A stretch of 64,000 bases of DNA. It comes from Paecilomyces variotii (taxonomy: Eukaryota). How positions within the stretch are numbered: the stretch's first letter is position 1; every line of letters starts with the position of its first letter. The translations under genes and the position numbers were made by a program. Positions 13,824 to 25,761 of this stretch are shown here, piece by piece. The notes beneath the pieces were generated by a model. It searched no databases. It saw only the letters and a list, made by a program, of their open reading frames with translations, and had not been told where the DNA came from. The DNA lies in the NCBI GenBank assembly GCA_004022145.1, contig RCNU01000014.1, one strand, 5' to 3'.

Positions 13824-14598
13824 TCAGTTCTTGTGAGTGCGACGCCCTATTGCGAATTCCCATTAGTACCTTTACTGACGCTTCGTAGGATCTCCGCCAA
13901 GTATGGTGCACTTACATTCAGCCAATTCTTCCTGGCTGAGCTCCCGCAGCTTGTTATACGACGGGGTCTCTCCACTGGCTGCCCCCTTCACGGTTTCCAC
14001 GGCCCTTCCAAGGGCACCTTTGTCAGGGTGCATATAGGTCGCCAGCTTGGCCTCGACCTTGATAACACCGATGCGGGGATCAGTAGGGCCTCCGTCATGC
14101 ACGCCATCGCCAAGGTCCCCAAGCCATGCTTTCAGCTGAGGAGAGTAGTATTTACTGATGGTGTTCTGGTCTGCTATAATCGAGGCTGTACCAGACACAG
14201 ATGCCCACGCACCAGATACCGGATCGAGGAAGGAGACATTAGTCTCTTGTGGGTGGACCGTCAGGTCCATGGTCTTGCCAGAGAAGAGATTCGTGTGGAA
14301 GATAAGGTCGACGCCGCCGTTCTCCTGAAATTTCACGTCTATATTAGCTCATGCTTTGGGGAAATTGAGATATAACAACAGCATGGAATATACGCACCTG
14401 GCCAGCCAATGCCATACATCGCGATGTGAGCAGCTCCGAATCAGATGACAACTTCGTCGTCAACATGCCATACTTGACCTCCTTAATGAACTTGGCGAGA
14501 TCCTCAACCTTCTGAGGCAACGGAGGGTCCTCGAAGCTCTTGGCCTTGTAGGGGTCTACGGGCTTGGTTCCCGCACTGGTGTTGATGGTCGTCGACAT
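13824..14598 (-). CDS. bli-3: Blue-light-inducible Bli-3-like protein (pyridoxamine 5'-phosphate oxidase-like fold), 3 exons
   Basis: MSTTINTSAG.KPVDPYKAK, KYGMLTT, SRCMALA, GGVDLIFHTNLFSGKT, LKAWLGDLGDGVHDGGPTDPRIGVIKV. Confidence 0.85.
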
Positions 14599-15382
14599 GG
14601 TTGTTTGGTACGGAGAAATTCGGTTCCTGATAAGACGGATAATCTGTTTGACGGAGATTAGAGGGTGCACAGTCCGAAGAGACTATATATAATGCAAATT
14701 CTTAATAATTCAATTAAGTAGGACACTGACGTTATACCAGAGTCCTTGTTGCAAGGATGTTCTACTTAGGGCTTCAGGAATAGCCGTAGTAACTTGGCGT
14801 AGCTGTGACGTCAATCCTTGGCCTAGATTGTGTTGTTGGTATTTGCTTGAATGTGAACTATATAGTAAATCTTGGCGTTGACGCCATGGAGTTGGTATTT
14901 TACATGAGATCCCCTGGTTGTTTATTTGTTATGTGGAATATTGATTAGGAATATCGTCTGCTCTCGGCCTTGTGATAGATAGTGGCTTTCCCGCTGCAGT
15001 AAGTATCGAGTGTTGTCTTTCCGGGACTCACGCGTTATGTGTATCCACAAGCCCTCTGCAACAAGTATATCTGCTTTTCTAAATGGAATATGGTCTGGAA
15101 TTGTTCCGGATAACTCTTTTACTATCCTTTTTTTTTTTTCGCGCATAATTTAATACGTAGTCCTGTACTCTGTAGTTGTGGCTGGTAAGCGTAAGAAGTT
15201 TGGCAAACCAGACTATTTTACCGTCAATTTTTTCCAACACGTTGCTACCAGATGTTTCATTGATACCAGAGTATCGGTTCAGAACGACCGATATTCATTC
15301 AGTGGTCGGGACAGAGAATAAAAACACAAACAATGATGCCAGGTAGTTGTGGGAGAACAAAAAATGTTGGCAAAAAAAGAAC

Positions 15383-15501
15383 CGCCCGAAGCGGGGCTCG
15401 AACCCGCGGCCTTAGGATTTACCCTGTAGAACCCGCTAATCAGGATTTCCTGATGAGGTTAGCGTAAAAGTCCCACGCTCTACCGACTGAGCTATCCGGG
15501 C
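15383..15501 (-). tRNA. tRNA-Lys(TTT) with about 46-nt intron
   Basis: Reverse complement GCCCGGATAGCTCAGTCGGTAGAGCGTGGGACTTTTA-[intron]-ATCCTAAGGCCGCGGGTTCGAGCCCCGCTTCGGGCG shows acceptor stem, D arm, TTT anticodon and GGTTCGA T-loop. A downstream T-run is the likely terminator. Confidence 0.95.
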
Positions 15502-16287
15502 AGCTGTTGAGTGCGAAGTCGCTTCTTGTGATTGTAAAGGCAAACGGACAACTTTCAGGCAAGTAGATCTGTATCAATCGATCGATCGATGTTAGTAAAC
15601 TATTCCATAGCGACACTCGGGTGGGCTGTCTGAGATGAGCAATGTGAGTAGCTTTCTTTCCCTGTGGAGAGGAGATAATTCGATGCCGTGCATATATAAC
15701 ATCTTCATGGGTTCTCTGGCTCTTTTTCCGGTTACCGGCGAGGGATATATATAATTAAAACATGATGCTCAGCAAGATCGTACTGTTCGTTCTCATGTTC
15801 AAATCACTTCCCTTACCTCGTGCGCGTATTATAACCGTAGCAATAGCCCATAGAAGAGAGACTTTGTCTTTATCATTTCCTCCACCTTCTATGCCCCTTG
15901 ATCAAAGCAAATGGCCATAGATGCTAATCCAGGAGACAGATCCCATACAGAACAACCCCTTTTCTACTCCCCCCTCCTTCCCCCCTGGTGTGTCTTCTTA
16001 ATGGTCACTGAGTGTTATTGGTAGCCGCAAATAGTATCCAACGCAGAGGATTAAATCCCATCTTAGCTGGGAGGAGGCGGAAATGATTCAAACGCGCCAC
16101 CGGATTCTGGTAACGGCGAAAAAAATAGGAGTAAATAGAGTTACACAACCTCTGGCCACAACCTCTGGCCACATCCATTGGAACGTCATTGATACACAAT
16201 GTGCCACACTCGAATAGTTAAATTCAGGAACCGTAGCCCCTTTTACAATGTGGATATGACTATCTCATCTTGTGTTAGGGAGCAATA

Positions 16288-17770
16288 ATGCCGTTGACTA
16301 CGACTATTACCAGGGCGTTACTACTCTTGGGGGCTCATGCCGCCGCTCAAGACACCACTATGGGGAAGAAAGTGTTCGCTCATTATATGGTAGAATGCAT
16401 ACCTTTTCTTGGATCTCTCAATCATGGGTGAGGGTAATAACTGACCGTAAGAAAACCGAACCAGGTTGGCAGTATGACCTCGAGCGAAGCAGTGACCGAT
16501 GTCAACGACGCTAGTAATGCTGGAATTGATGGCTTTGCGCTGAATGTCATGAGCACAGATCCTTGGTCCACCTCTGCCATAGATGATCTATTCGTCGCTG
16601 CAAATTCGTCCTCCGGATTCAAACTGTTTTTCTCCTTCGACATGACCCACTTCAACGATCCGTCACAGTTCCTCCCCTTGATCGGTGAATATCATACTAA
16701 CTCTGCCTATTATCTCCAAAATGGTAAGCCGTTTGTAAGTACTTACGACGGAGGAACTCTCACGTTCGGTAACACTACCCCCGGTGACGGATGGGAGGCT
16801 GCGTTCAGACGACCTCTCGAGGGTATGGGAATAAGTCCCTTCTTTGTTCCTGATTTTGACGACTGGAGTGGCTATCCGAACGGGTTCTTTAGCGCGTTCC
16901 CAGTCGTGGATGGAGCTTTCAGCTGGGAAACCGCCTGGCCTCAGGTGAGTGAGGGAAAGGCAAATGTCAGTGATGCGGTGGATGCAACATTGCTGCATGA
17001 CGCTCACTCCGCGAGTAAAGTCTACATGATGCGTCAGTTCTCTCTTACCCTGAAGTACCAAATATCATCGGGACTTATCTGACCGGGAAATGCATTCAGC
17101 CCTGTCCACGTTCCAGTTCAAGTATCTCGGTCCGGGGCAACAGTGGTATCGAAGAGGAGAACTGAACTTCGCACAGCGCATGGGCCAGATTCTGCAGCTC
17201 CAGCCTGACTTTGTGGAAGTAGTCACATGGAATGATGCTGGAGAGAGCCACTATGTCGGGGATTTCTGGCCCGAACAGATCGCTGGGAGCGACATTGGAG
17301 CATATGCCAATGGATTTGACCACAAGGGCTGGCTCCAGGTACTCGGCCCTTTCATCACGGCATACAAAGCCGGTGTGACGGATACATCGAGCATATTACC
17401 GCCATCTGGAGCAAATGCTGTTGGAGCAATCTGGTATCGTACGCTTCTGACGTCTGCGAGCTGCTCCTCTACGATATCTGGTTCCCAGAATGCCGACGAC
17501 GCTATGAACTTTGCTATTATTCTTCCAGCAGATACCTCTGGAGTCACGATTAACGTATACAGCAACAACAATCAAATCGGCTCTTACTCCGGTCTCCCCG
17601 GCCTGAACGCCCAGTCTGTCCCCGGTCTGCAGGCTGGCGGGAACCAGAGAGCTGAGGTCGTCGACGCAAGTGGCACAACTATTGCATCTGCTGTAGGGAC
17701 AAAGGACGTTCAGCCGCAATCGACCGGCTCCGTATGCAACTACAACTACGAAGTCGTGGGACTTTCCTGA
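16288..17770 (+). CDS. Secreted GH71 alpha-1,3-glucanase (mutanase), 3 exons
   Basis: Signal peptide MPLTTTITRALLLLGAHAAA followed by KKVFAHYM|VG; GIDGFALN; FKLFFSFDM; KPFVSTYDG; VEVVTWNDAGESHY. Confidence 0.92.
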
Positions 17771-18031
17771 GCCGTCAAATCAGCCATCTGAAGTCGAATA
17801 TACATATATATATTCCGCTATATACTTGCATTTTTTCCTGCATCAGACTAACTCAAGTCATAGTGCATTTTTGAGTATAGAAGAAGTTTTTCCTGCGAGG
17901 CTGTCTTCCTGTTTTACCTTAGGTTCTATATGCAATAAACTATATGACATATCTATGCTTGGTTCTCTTGATACTCGCAGATCTAATCTGTCTGATATCT
18001 GCATATATTCCTGTTTTTCTATTCTATCAGC

Positions 18032-18094
18032 ACACACGACCATTGGGTGTGGAAAACAGGGCTTCCCGTCCGTTCAGCCGTACTTAAGCCACAC
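18032..18094 (+). rRNA. 5S rRNA gene, 5' half (outer), interrupted after AAGCCACAC
   Basis: ACACACGACCATTGGGTGTGGAAAACAGGGCTTCCCGTCCGTTCAGCCGTACTTAAGCCACAC matches the first 63 nt of Eurotiomycete 5S. TATA-like CATATATT at about -30. Similarity to 5S stops abruptly. Confidence 0.92.
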
Positions 18095-18116
18095 ATTCCA
18101 CACAGTTAATTGTTGA

Positions 18117-18655
18117 GAAGCCTTCTTTGTATCTAAGGCTTCTGATGGAGTAATGGTGAGAAGTCTCTTAGCATGGGTGCAGGTGAGATGGGGTGGCCCC
18201 CAGAGGCCTGTTTTCAGGACGAGTTTTACAGATGCTTTTGGAGCGTACTCGGACCAGGTATTGGCGTTTCAAGTGAATGGTCTGGTACTGGCAAGGGACG
18301 AATCGACTTCCATCTCCAGGAACCAGGATGGGGATTTGAATTGCTAAAGGACGGAGATCGAATAGGACAACACTGCGACCGATTCGATCCGAATGGGACC
18401 TATTATCCGTGGATACAGAACGACAAGCTCAAAGATTGGCTGATACTCGATTGCAGACACACTTACCCTCGTACGATTTGTAAGATACTTCCTTCTCATT
18501 ATGATTCCATTGACGATCAATGTTAATGCTCTGCTCCAGATCCAAAGCAGCAAAAGTTGTGGAGAGTTGTGTTCACAGATAATTACTCTCGCGTTCAGAT
18601 TCTTAATTGCAAGAATGAGAAGGTTGTTCCGGAGTTTCAGCTAGTAAATGTATAG
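18117..18655 (+). pseudogene. 5'-truncated fragment of a Crinkler-associated PD-(D/E)xK nuclease-like gene (2 exons)
   Basis: PPEACFQDEFYR...SSEW...GRIDF...WGFELLKDGDRI..HCDRF...YYPW...DWLILDCR, then intron 18480-18539 and KLWRVVFTDNY. An in-frame stop lies at 18114-18116 and the N-terminal domains are missing. Confidence 0.6.
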
Positions 18656-19418
18656 GTTATTGGCGTTTTCTTTCTTCGGTTACTTCCTCATAAACTTATC
18701 AAGTACTCTTAACTCTGCGCAACTGTTATACTAAAATTCTCGCTTTCCGTATGTCAAAATGTGTACTTTCCTCTTGTGCATGTAAGAGTGCGTCCCGACG
18801 ATCGCACGCGAGATGCAAGTGTTGAGGGCATATTTACTCTTATCTCAACCCCTCTATGTAATATCTGAGATCTGAGAACTAGACCAGCATTCCAGTGTAG
18901 TGATATTACCATACATGGATTATATGGATTATATGGCGCCGTCACACGCACTGCTATCTTAGTATGGCGTAGAGTTAACTGTAACCTCTACTTAGCTCGC
19001 CCGCATGGCACCCACCACCTTCTGGCGGCATTCAATCTCAACGGAGCTTCTCTGTGGTGTTTCTCGGGTGGCACGACGAGGCTCTGAGTTAGGGTGAGTG
19101 CGCGAACGACGGGTTACTTAGACGCATTTATCCCAGTCGCTTAACGATGTCGGGCCCGAAACACATCGTCAGCTCGTCAGCTCAGCTCAGCAGCTCCAAT
19201 TCCCCATTTGAATTCGATCTTTAATTTTAAAATACCTATTAGCTCATCTGTTTAGCCGAGCAGTTCCTTTAAAGTATAAAACTGGATATATATGCTGGCT
19301 TGGACCATCGAGGAGGGTCTTCGAAGTTACTTTTCAAACGTGCTCTCGATTGGAGCCGACCGCATCGTAGGTAATGGCAAATACCATGTTCATTATTCGA
19401 AGTGAGCTGCGTAGTTGA

Positions 19419-21066
19419 TCAACCCCCAAGTTTGAGAAACGGATGATCCATGAGTTCACGAGCTGTTCCCCTCTTCTCCGGGACCCAGTTGAGCATTTGT
19501 CGAACAAAAGATAAAAATGCCTCTTGATCTTTCTGTTCGAGGAATGAAGTAGTATCCTCTAAGCTTCGGGACGGGATCAATCCAGTATAGCGGAATTCAT
19601 CTAAAATAGTCAGTACATCAGGTATTTACATATGAAATGGTTGGCCAACTTACCTTCTGCATCAAAAAAAGGGCCGTCAAAGAATTCCCGAGCACTGTTG
19701 CAGAGTTTGCCAGTGTCGTTTGCAACAGGCTGGGGCCACTTTTGCTCTGACATAGTCTTTGATTTCGCAAGCAATACCTTGGGGGGCGGGCCAAGTAGAG
19801 CAATCATTTCTGCGAGGTGTGACTTTGCGTCGTATGTGCCGTCTGCATTATGTACCTGTTGGAACAACTCCTTGCTCCCAAGGATATTCCACAACTTGCC
19901 GAACAGGCTTGTTAGTATCAAGGCCAAGCCAGCGGTTGTAACCAATAGGGAAATAGACAGTCGCAGGGGACTGACCAACACACCAAAATTCCATATATCT
20001 GCCTTGAAATCCCAACCACAGCCAAGGATTACCTCTGGAGCGCGGTAGGGGTCTGGTTGGATAGGATAAACACCAAGTTGCTTTCCTACCATCCCATCTC
20101 GAGTATGTGGCTTGTCGAGCCTTGTTGCGAGCCCGAAATCGGCTATTTTGGGAATCATATTCTTGATATCTCGCCCGTCAAGAGCGCCGAAATCATTATG
20201 GCAGCGGTAGATAGTTCGACCACTCTTGCTATCAATCTTGTATTGCATTTGTTGTTGTTGTATTATGAAGTTGGTAAGGACGTTTTCGTTTTCAAAGCTC
20301 ATGAGGATGTTATCTAGCTTCAGATCTGAAAGGGAGATAAGGTATTTATATTTGAGGCAGAGTCAAATTGCGAAAAGCACTTACCGCTGTGAACAACTTT
20401 GCATTCTGAGTGAAGATAATCAAGACCAACAAGGCAGAAGTAGATGTAGACCTTCGCAATGGGCAAGGGAATCTTGCGATCAACGAAACGCCTTTGGAAC
20501 ATCCACAGAGGCTCTCTCATCGGTTCGTACACGAGGCACATGTGCTTCCCTTCTGGACCAGTTACTTCGACGTCATCTAGACATGTTCGTAGAATCACGC
20601 GGCCACGGTGCTCTGGATTTTGCTGTTTGATATGGCTTTCAATCTCCTTCTCATGTCGAGCATCATTGGCATTGTTACTGTCGATTATTTTGAGAACCAC
20701 TGTTCGCTCAGATTGCCATTTAAGTCTTAATTGGGTGGACCATGGTCAGTTTCTCTGTAGTTGAATGAAGCATGAAAGCACATATGCGGACGTGGGTAGC
20801 TACCTTGAAATGTCTCGGGCGAGCCATACGGTAGATTGCGATCCCCAGCCGATTTTGACAAGTAGTTGAAACCTCTCTGCCAGTACTTCCCCAGGATTTG
20901 CTGGGTAAAAACTTGCCGAATTGTAGCCTGGACAGAGCTCCTCGTCGACAGGTTCCTGCTGAGGAATTGGAGGCTCAGATGTACGCCGCAATTGCCAGAG
21001 AGACTTTCTGGCAAAGGAATACACAGTACGTCGCGATATCAAGGTCAGCCACCGATGAGGTAACAT
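19419..21066 (-). CDS. SRPK-like (CMGC) serine/threonine protein kinase, multi-exon; element cargo
   Basis: KIGWGSQSTVWLARD; VVHS|DLKLDNIL; IADFGLA; IQPDPYRAPEVILGCGWDFKADIWNFG; MLNWVPEKRGTARELMDHPFL*. Confidence 0.9.
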
Positions 21067-21501
21067 CACTCCATCCGAGCGTTATGGAATGCTATTGGAA
21101 TGCTCTGGGAATGGTTGAGTGCCAGGGAGATTGCAGAAAAGCTGAACTCAAAGTTAGCATTAAAGCTAATCTACAGATTGACAGTGAATTGGGACCCAAA
21201 TGATGATACCCGGTGTGGTTACTCACAAGTCCAGGGGTAAGGATGCAGAACGAAACGGATCTAGAGGTGGTGCGTTGGGGGGACGCCGGACAAAGAAATG
21301 TACTCAACGCCGGAAGGAATGTTATATAGAGGTAAAATAAACTCTATTAAAAGTCCAAAGGCGAAGGAAAGAAAAGAACAAGATGCGACATATTATGCCT
21401 GGACCAATGTTGCACTTGTTATGGGAACATCGGGGGTCGGTCTTGGCCGGCCAAGCTAACCGTATATAGAAATATACCAATCTTACTATGGTGTTCCCTT
21501 C

Positions 21502-21505
<4 letters not shown>

Positions 21506-21535
<30 letters not shown>
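21506..21535 (+). repeat. (AGT)n microsatellite, about 10 units
   Basis: agtagtagtagtagtagtagtagtagtagt. Confidence 0.9.
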
Positions 21536-21536
<1 letters not shown>

Positions 21537-22068
21537 TGGGAGGTACTTAGCCCAGCTTAAGTTGAGCTCCAAACATCCTTGAAAGTGATTTAATTAAGCA
21601 TGCTGTTGAGACTTCAAAACAATCCTCCAACATCAATACTTGATGTTTTGCCGCTGCGACCCAGGCGCGACTACGCACTTGAAGTAAACTGGGAAGGCCC
21701 GGGGAACAGATGCCATGAGAACCACGCATGTCTCCTAAGTATTGTACAAGCAGTCAAGTAGCCGCCCTCTATGATCAATGTTATGGACGCTTCCTCTCGT
21801 GACATCAAATGAGTGCTATATGTGCCCAACTTTTCAGGAGCTGCCTTTGCCCATTGCTGCGCTCTTCACGAAACCCTCTTGTCTTTCAGTTTTGGGTGTC
21901 CCATCTCCTTCTCGAACAAGTAGAGACAATTATAGCGGCTGTGTATTCTTAGCTAATCTATCATCTATTCAAAGCACTGTAGGAGCACCCTTTTCCCTAG
22001 CGCAAAACCCTGAGCAAAATCACCGAATTCCTGTCCATTTCCACGGAGTTCATCTCTACAGGACCCAG

Positions 22069-23655
22069 CTATCCTGCAATCTTATAACCGCGTTCGATGA
22101 CATTATCAGATGCGACAGTGAAACACCAGTCCAGGTAGTGCCCTGACCTCGCTGCATAACGGAAGAATCCGATAACATTTCCGTCGTCATTCCAGATAAC
22201 GGATCCGCAAATGCCGTCCTCCAGGTAGTCAACAGACCCTTGACCCATATATAGCCACCGAGCCTTGACCCATACAAACTTTGGTTCGTAAGGGTCATCG
22301 CTCGGAACGCGTATCCGCGAATGCGGACCGCAAGTGCCTTCCGAGTAACCAAGGAGAGGGCTGTTCATGTAGATTTTCGAGCCGATCTGTGTCTCGTCAG
22401 CCGGGATGAATTCCTTCAACTGGGTAGGTGTTGCTCCGTCAAGTGGACTCTCGAAAGTTTCATTGACAAAATGGACCTTGTCGTGCAGTTTGACGAGGGC
22501 GACGTCCGTATGCGAAATTTCCATGATAATCTGTCCGACTTCTTTTCCCGTGCTGCACGGATGGAAGACTTTATCGCCATTTGGGAAACCATGGGAGGCG
22601 ACAGTCATATACCTCTCGCCTAGACAATCTTCAACCAGGACGCCGGAGGTGGTACGATACTCAACGTGAGTGGTATCATGTCTTGCAGAGCTCAACATGA
22701 CACCAGGACGCAATATATCATACTCGCTATCGTCGACGACATCGCCAGTCGGGTCACGGATCCGGCGGGCCGGAAATTCGTTCAGCTTTGGACGTCCCAT
22801 CTCCTTCTCGAACAGGTAGAAACAATTACAGCGTCCTATGGCAGAAGGAACTTCAGCCAGATCGGTGTCCTCATTCTCTAGAACAATAACGAAGAAATTG
22901 TTCCAGTACTGAACTTCCGTAATCGAAGTTTCAGATTTTGCGAAAAAGTCAAACACCAGCTCAAATGCATCGTCAATCCTAGTGGGTGGAAGGTTGACAG
23001 CGTTGATTTCAGCGGACACGCGAAGGCGTGATTTGCTCGGGCGTTTTATTGGCGGAATTGGGCCATCATCATTCGGATCAATTGTGAAGTAAGGCTGGAC
23101 ACCGGCAATAGTAACTGGCCAGGGCTTCGGTGGTAAAGTACCGAGCCAAAACACTAAGAAATAGCCATCAAAATTCACCGCTTTTGTGTCTGGAAAGAGG
23201 TGGAGTAGTAGCCCAGAATCCTTGGTAGCGAAGGCTTTACGATTCTGCCGGAGATTGAATGGAAGAATGAGGTGGCGAGACGGGGGAATTTGGATTTCCG
23301 GTAACGACGACTCTGGCGACTCAGGGTGGGCATGCGTCGTCTTAAGCGGAGATCTTTCGTCTAAGACACAATAAGTAGATGATTTAAAAGGTAAATTTGA
23401 TGAAAACTTACTGATCAAAGCTTCGCCTGATGGGAAAAGACGCTTCGATGGCTCGAAGAGGGGCGAGTCACCCAGACGGAGGACCGTCCTCTCTGAAGGG
23501 AAAGCGCCACGAGGAGATAAAATGAAGCTTTTGCTAGGGGACGACAACTCTGACGACGGGGTGACCTTTCTCTTACTACTCCCAGGTGACTTCTCTGATT
23601 TGCACGCGCGGGGGGTGACAATAAGCCCCTCCTCGATATCTGCTGGACCTGTCAT
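22069..23655 (-). CDS. Intronless hypothetical protein with C-terminal chymotrypsin-like peptidase-type domain (Cys in the nucleophile motif); element cargo
   Basis: Long uninterrupted ORF with a Ser/Pro-rich N-terminus. C-terminal TSGVLV...MTVASHG, HTDVAL and DGICGSVIW...VIGF motifs occur in trypsin-fold order. Start codon uncertain (ATG 23655). Confidence 0.7.
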   Translation of the reverse strand: MTGPADIEEGLIVTPRACKSEKSPGSSKRKVTPSSELSSPSKSFILSPRGAFPSERTVLRLGDSPLFEPSKRLFPSGEALISKFSSNLPFKSSTYCVLDERSPLKTTHAHPESPESSLPEIQIPPSRHLILPFNLRQNRKAFATKDSGLLLHLFPDTKAVNFDGYFLVFWLGTLPPKPWPVTIAGVQPYFTIDPNDDGPIPPIKRPSKSRLRVSAEINAVNLPPTRIDDAFELVFDFFAKSETSITEVQYWNNFFVIVLENEDTDLAEVPSAIGRCNCFYLFEKEMGRPKLNEFPARRIRDPTGDVVDDSEYDILRPGVMLSSARHDTTHVEYRTTSGVLVEDCLGERYMTVASHGFPNGDKVFHPCSTGKEVGQIIMEISHTDVALVKLHDKVHFVNETFESPLDGATPTQLKEFIPADETQIGSKIYMNSPLLGYSEGTCGPHSRIRVPSDDPYEPKFVWVKARWLYMGQGSVDYLEDGICGSVIWNDDGNVIGFFRYAARSGHYLDWCFTVASDNVIERGYKIAG

Positions 23656-24689
23656 GGCTAGGTATTTTGGAGTCTTGGACAGACGAGGAAACACTGGAGC
23701 CCGAGAGATGAACGGCCACTACCCCGACTTTCCGTGACGTGAATAAGAAGTCCTCCTCTTGGTATTATCTGAGCTTAGTTTTGAAAGATGAGTGAGCTTG
23801 GCCTTGAGAGATGAGTGAGCTTGGTTTTGAGAGATAAAGGTTAACTTGGCGGTAAAAGCGTCAGAGGTGAAGGCGCGACCTGGGGCAGGCAGAAGGACGT
23901 CACGTTGACCAGGCTGCCGAAATTGAGACTCATGGGATGCTAACGACATGCTCCCTGGTAATATAAGCTCTACCACCGTGGTAATTGCACTATCTCTCAT
24001 CACTAAATTTCGTCTATCCATTCCTCAACCGTCGTAGTATCTCGACAGGTTAGTAGACCAAAGCCTTTCGCGGCGATGAATATCTCAGATAACACATTAA
24101 TAATATCTATAGGTTGGACTGTTACTACTTGTCCTAGTACCTCAATAGGGTCATTGTATTAATTAGTCTTCTGGTCAGTTTCAGGATCGATATTGCCAAC
24201 TTCGTTTAGCTACCCGGTTAACATACTTACCCCAGCGATAAATATTAAGGACAATGCTGTGAATTCGGACTATAATATAAACAGAGGTAGCACATAACAT
24301 TATCCAATACTTTAAGGAATATCCTGCCTAAAGCTTATCAACAATAATAGGTCTTTATATTTTTAGATGCCCAAGACAGCTAACTAATAATAGGCTGTTA
24401 ATCAGCAATTATTCTCGTCTAACTAATAATAACAGCGTGAAAGTTCAGCCAATAATGATCTTCGCTGGCTCACAAATCCTTGACGCTGTTCACACTCTGT
24501 CTGTGCTCGGTAAACCAATAGATAAGTGGGCTATAATAATAAGAGCGACACGCCGACTCCTCGGCGGCAGCCACAAATCTAGTTCTGGCTAATAATCGCT
24601 CGTATATAAGCGCCTACTTAAGTAATCAAGTGGTTATCACAATCAAACTGAATTGTAGGGTTACGAAGACCAGGATATGACCTGATGCA

Positions 24690-25050
24690 GATAATGCACC
24701 CGATTTATAATTGGACCCAAGAAGCTTGTGGTCTGAAACGAGCCCATACTTACTCGTCCTGACGCCTATTATTCTGATAAAGGCGGATTCGACCGAGAAC
24801 GACGGAATCTGTAAGTTAGACTCACAGGGCTCTTTCAAGTTCTCCACTCACCCAAAATGTCTGATTATCACACACTCAGAGAGGCCATCTAATAGAAATC
24901 ATAATCTGAGCAGCAAGAATTAATGTATTTGGCTAAGCGCAAGCTGAGATATAATATCTCTTGCATGGATTTCTGATAGGAAAGAATAATGCTACATCTG
25001 CTTACTAGCGATCTTTTTAGCTTATGAAACTTAATCCAAGGCCCTGTGAT
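24690..25050 (+). pseudogene. Degenerate, RIP-damaged coding remnant of unknown family
   Basis: EPILTRPDAYYSDKGGFDRERRN, a GTAAGT...CAG intron, then RGHLIEIII*AARINVFG*AQAEI*YLLHGF with stops explainable as C-to-T changes. TpA-rich surroundings. Confidence 0.3.
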
Positions 25051-25761
25051 GGCATCGGCTTTATCCAAATTATTATAGGAGTTTCACACCTAAGCGCTGA
25101 ACTAAGCGGATAATATCGAAATAGCAACGTACATTTGCTGTTGACTCTCTAGCTGAACACCTAACGGGGGGGCAACTCAACTCCCAAGTCATAGCTGCCA
25201 ATAGAACTTGGGTGATGTTCCAATATGCCTGTGATGCCCCATCTCCCCTAAGCGCTGTACTGTAGTCTAGTCGCCCTCTGTTCCAAAAGCTATATTGGTT
25301 ATCTCTTCACAGCCAGTCAAGTTATGCGCAATAATAAAGCGTGAAACGGGCCATCTTGACAATCCCTGAATACCTCTCAATAGCTTGGATCAAAATGCAG
25401 GAGTTTGGGAGCTACAAGGGTGGCACTCCAAAGTGTGCATACATTGCACACCTAAACAACACGCCCAGGTAGCTGCTATCATTGGCAGAATGGTCCCCTA
25501 CATGCTAAAGGATAGTCCTGGCCGAAAAGCAAGCTACTGCTCGTCAAGTAGTATAAATATATGCCATCCACTTCGTTGAAAAAGAAGGGGACAGTCGTCG
25601 CTTCATCTTCTGAAAAATTACGTGCACGCCATTTGCATAGAAGGTTGGTTTCTCTCAGTAAAAATCATGTTTTTAATATTAATTTCCCTAGGTCCGTTCT
25701 CATTTCTTGGTTGCAGACACATTGAAAACGAGCCTCAAACGAACTACTCAATTCTTCAAAC

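Noticed and set aside
24300-24625. LTR-like segment with repeated CCAATA/AATAAT motifs
   Set aside because: No TG...CA ends, second copy or target duplication visible. It may just be RIP-decayed DNA.
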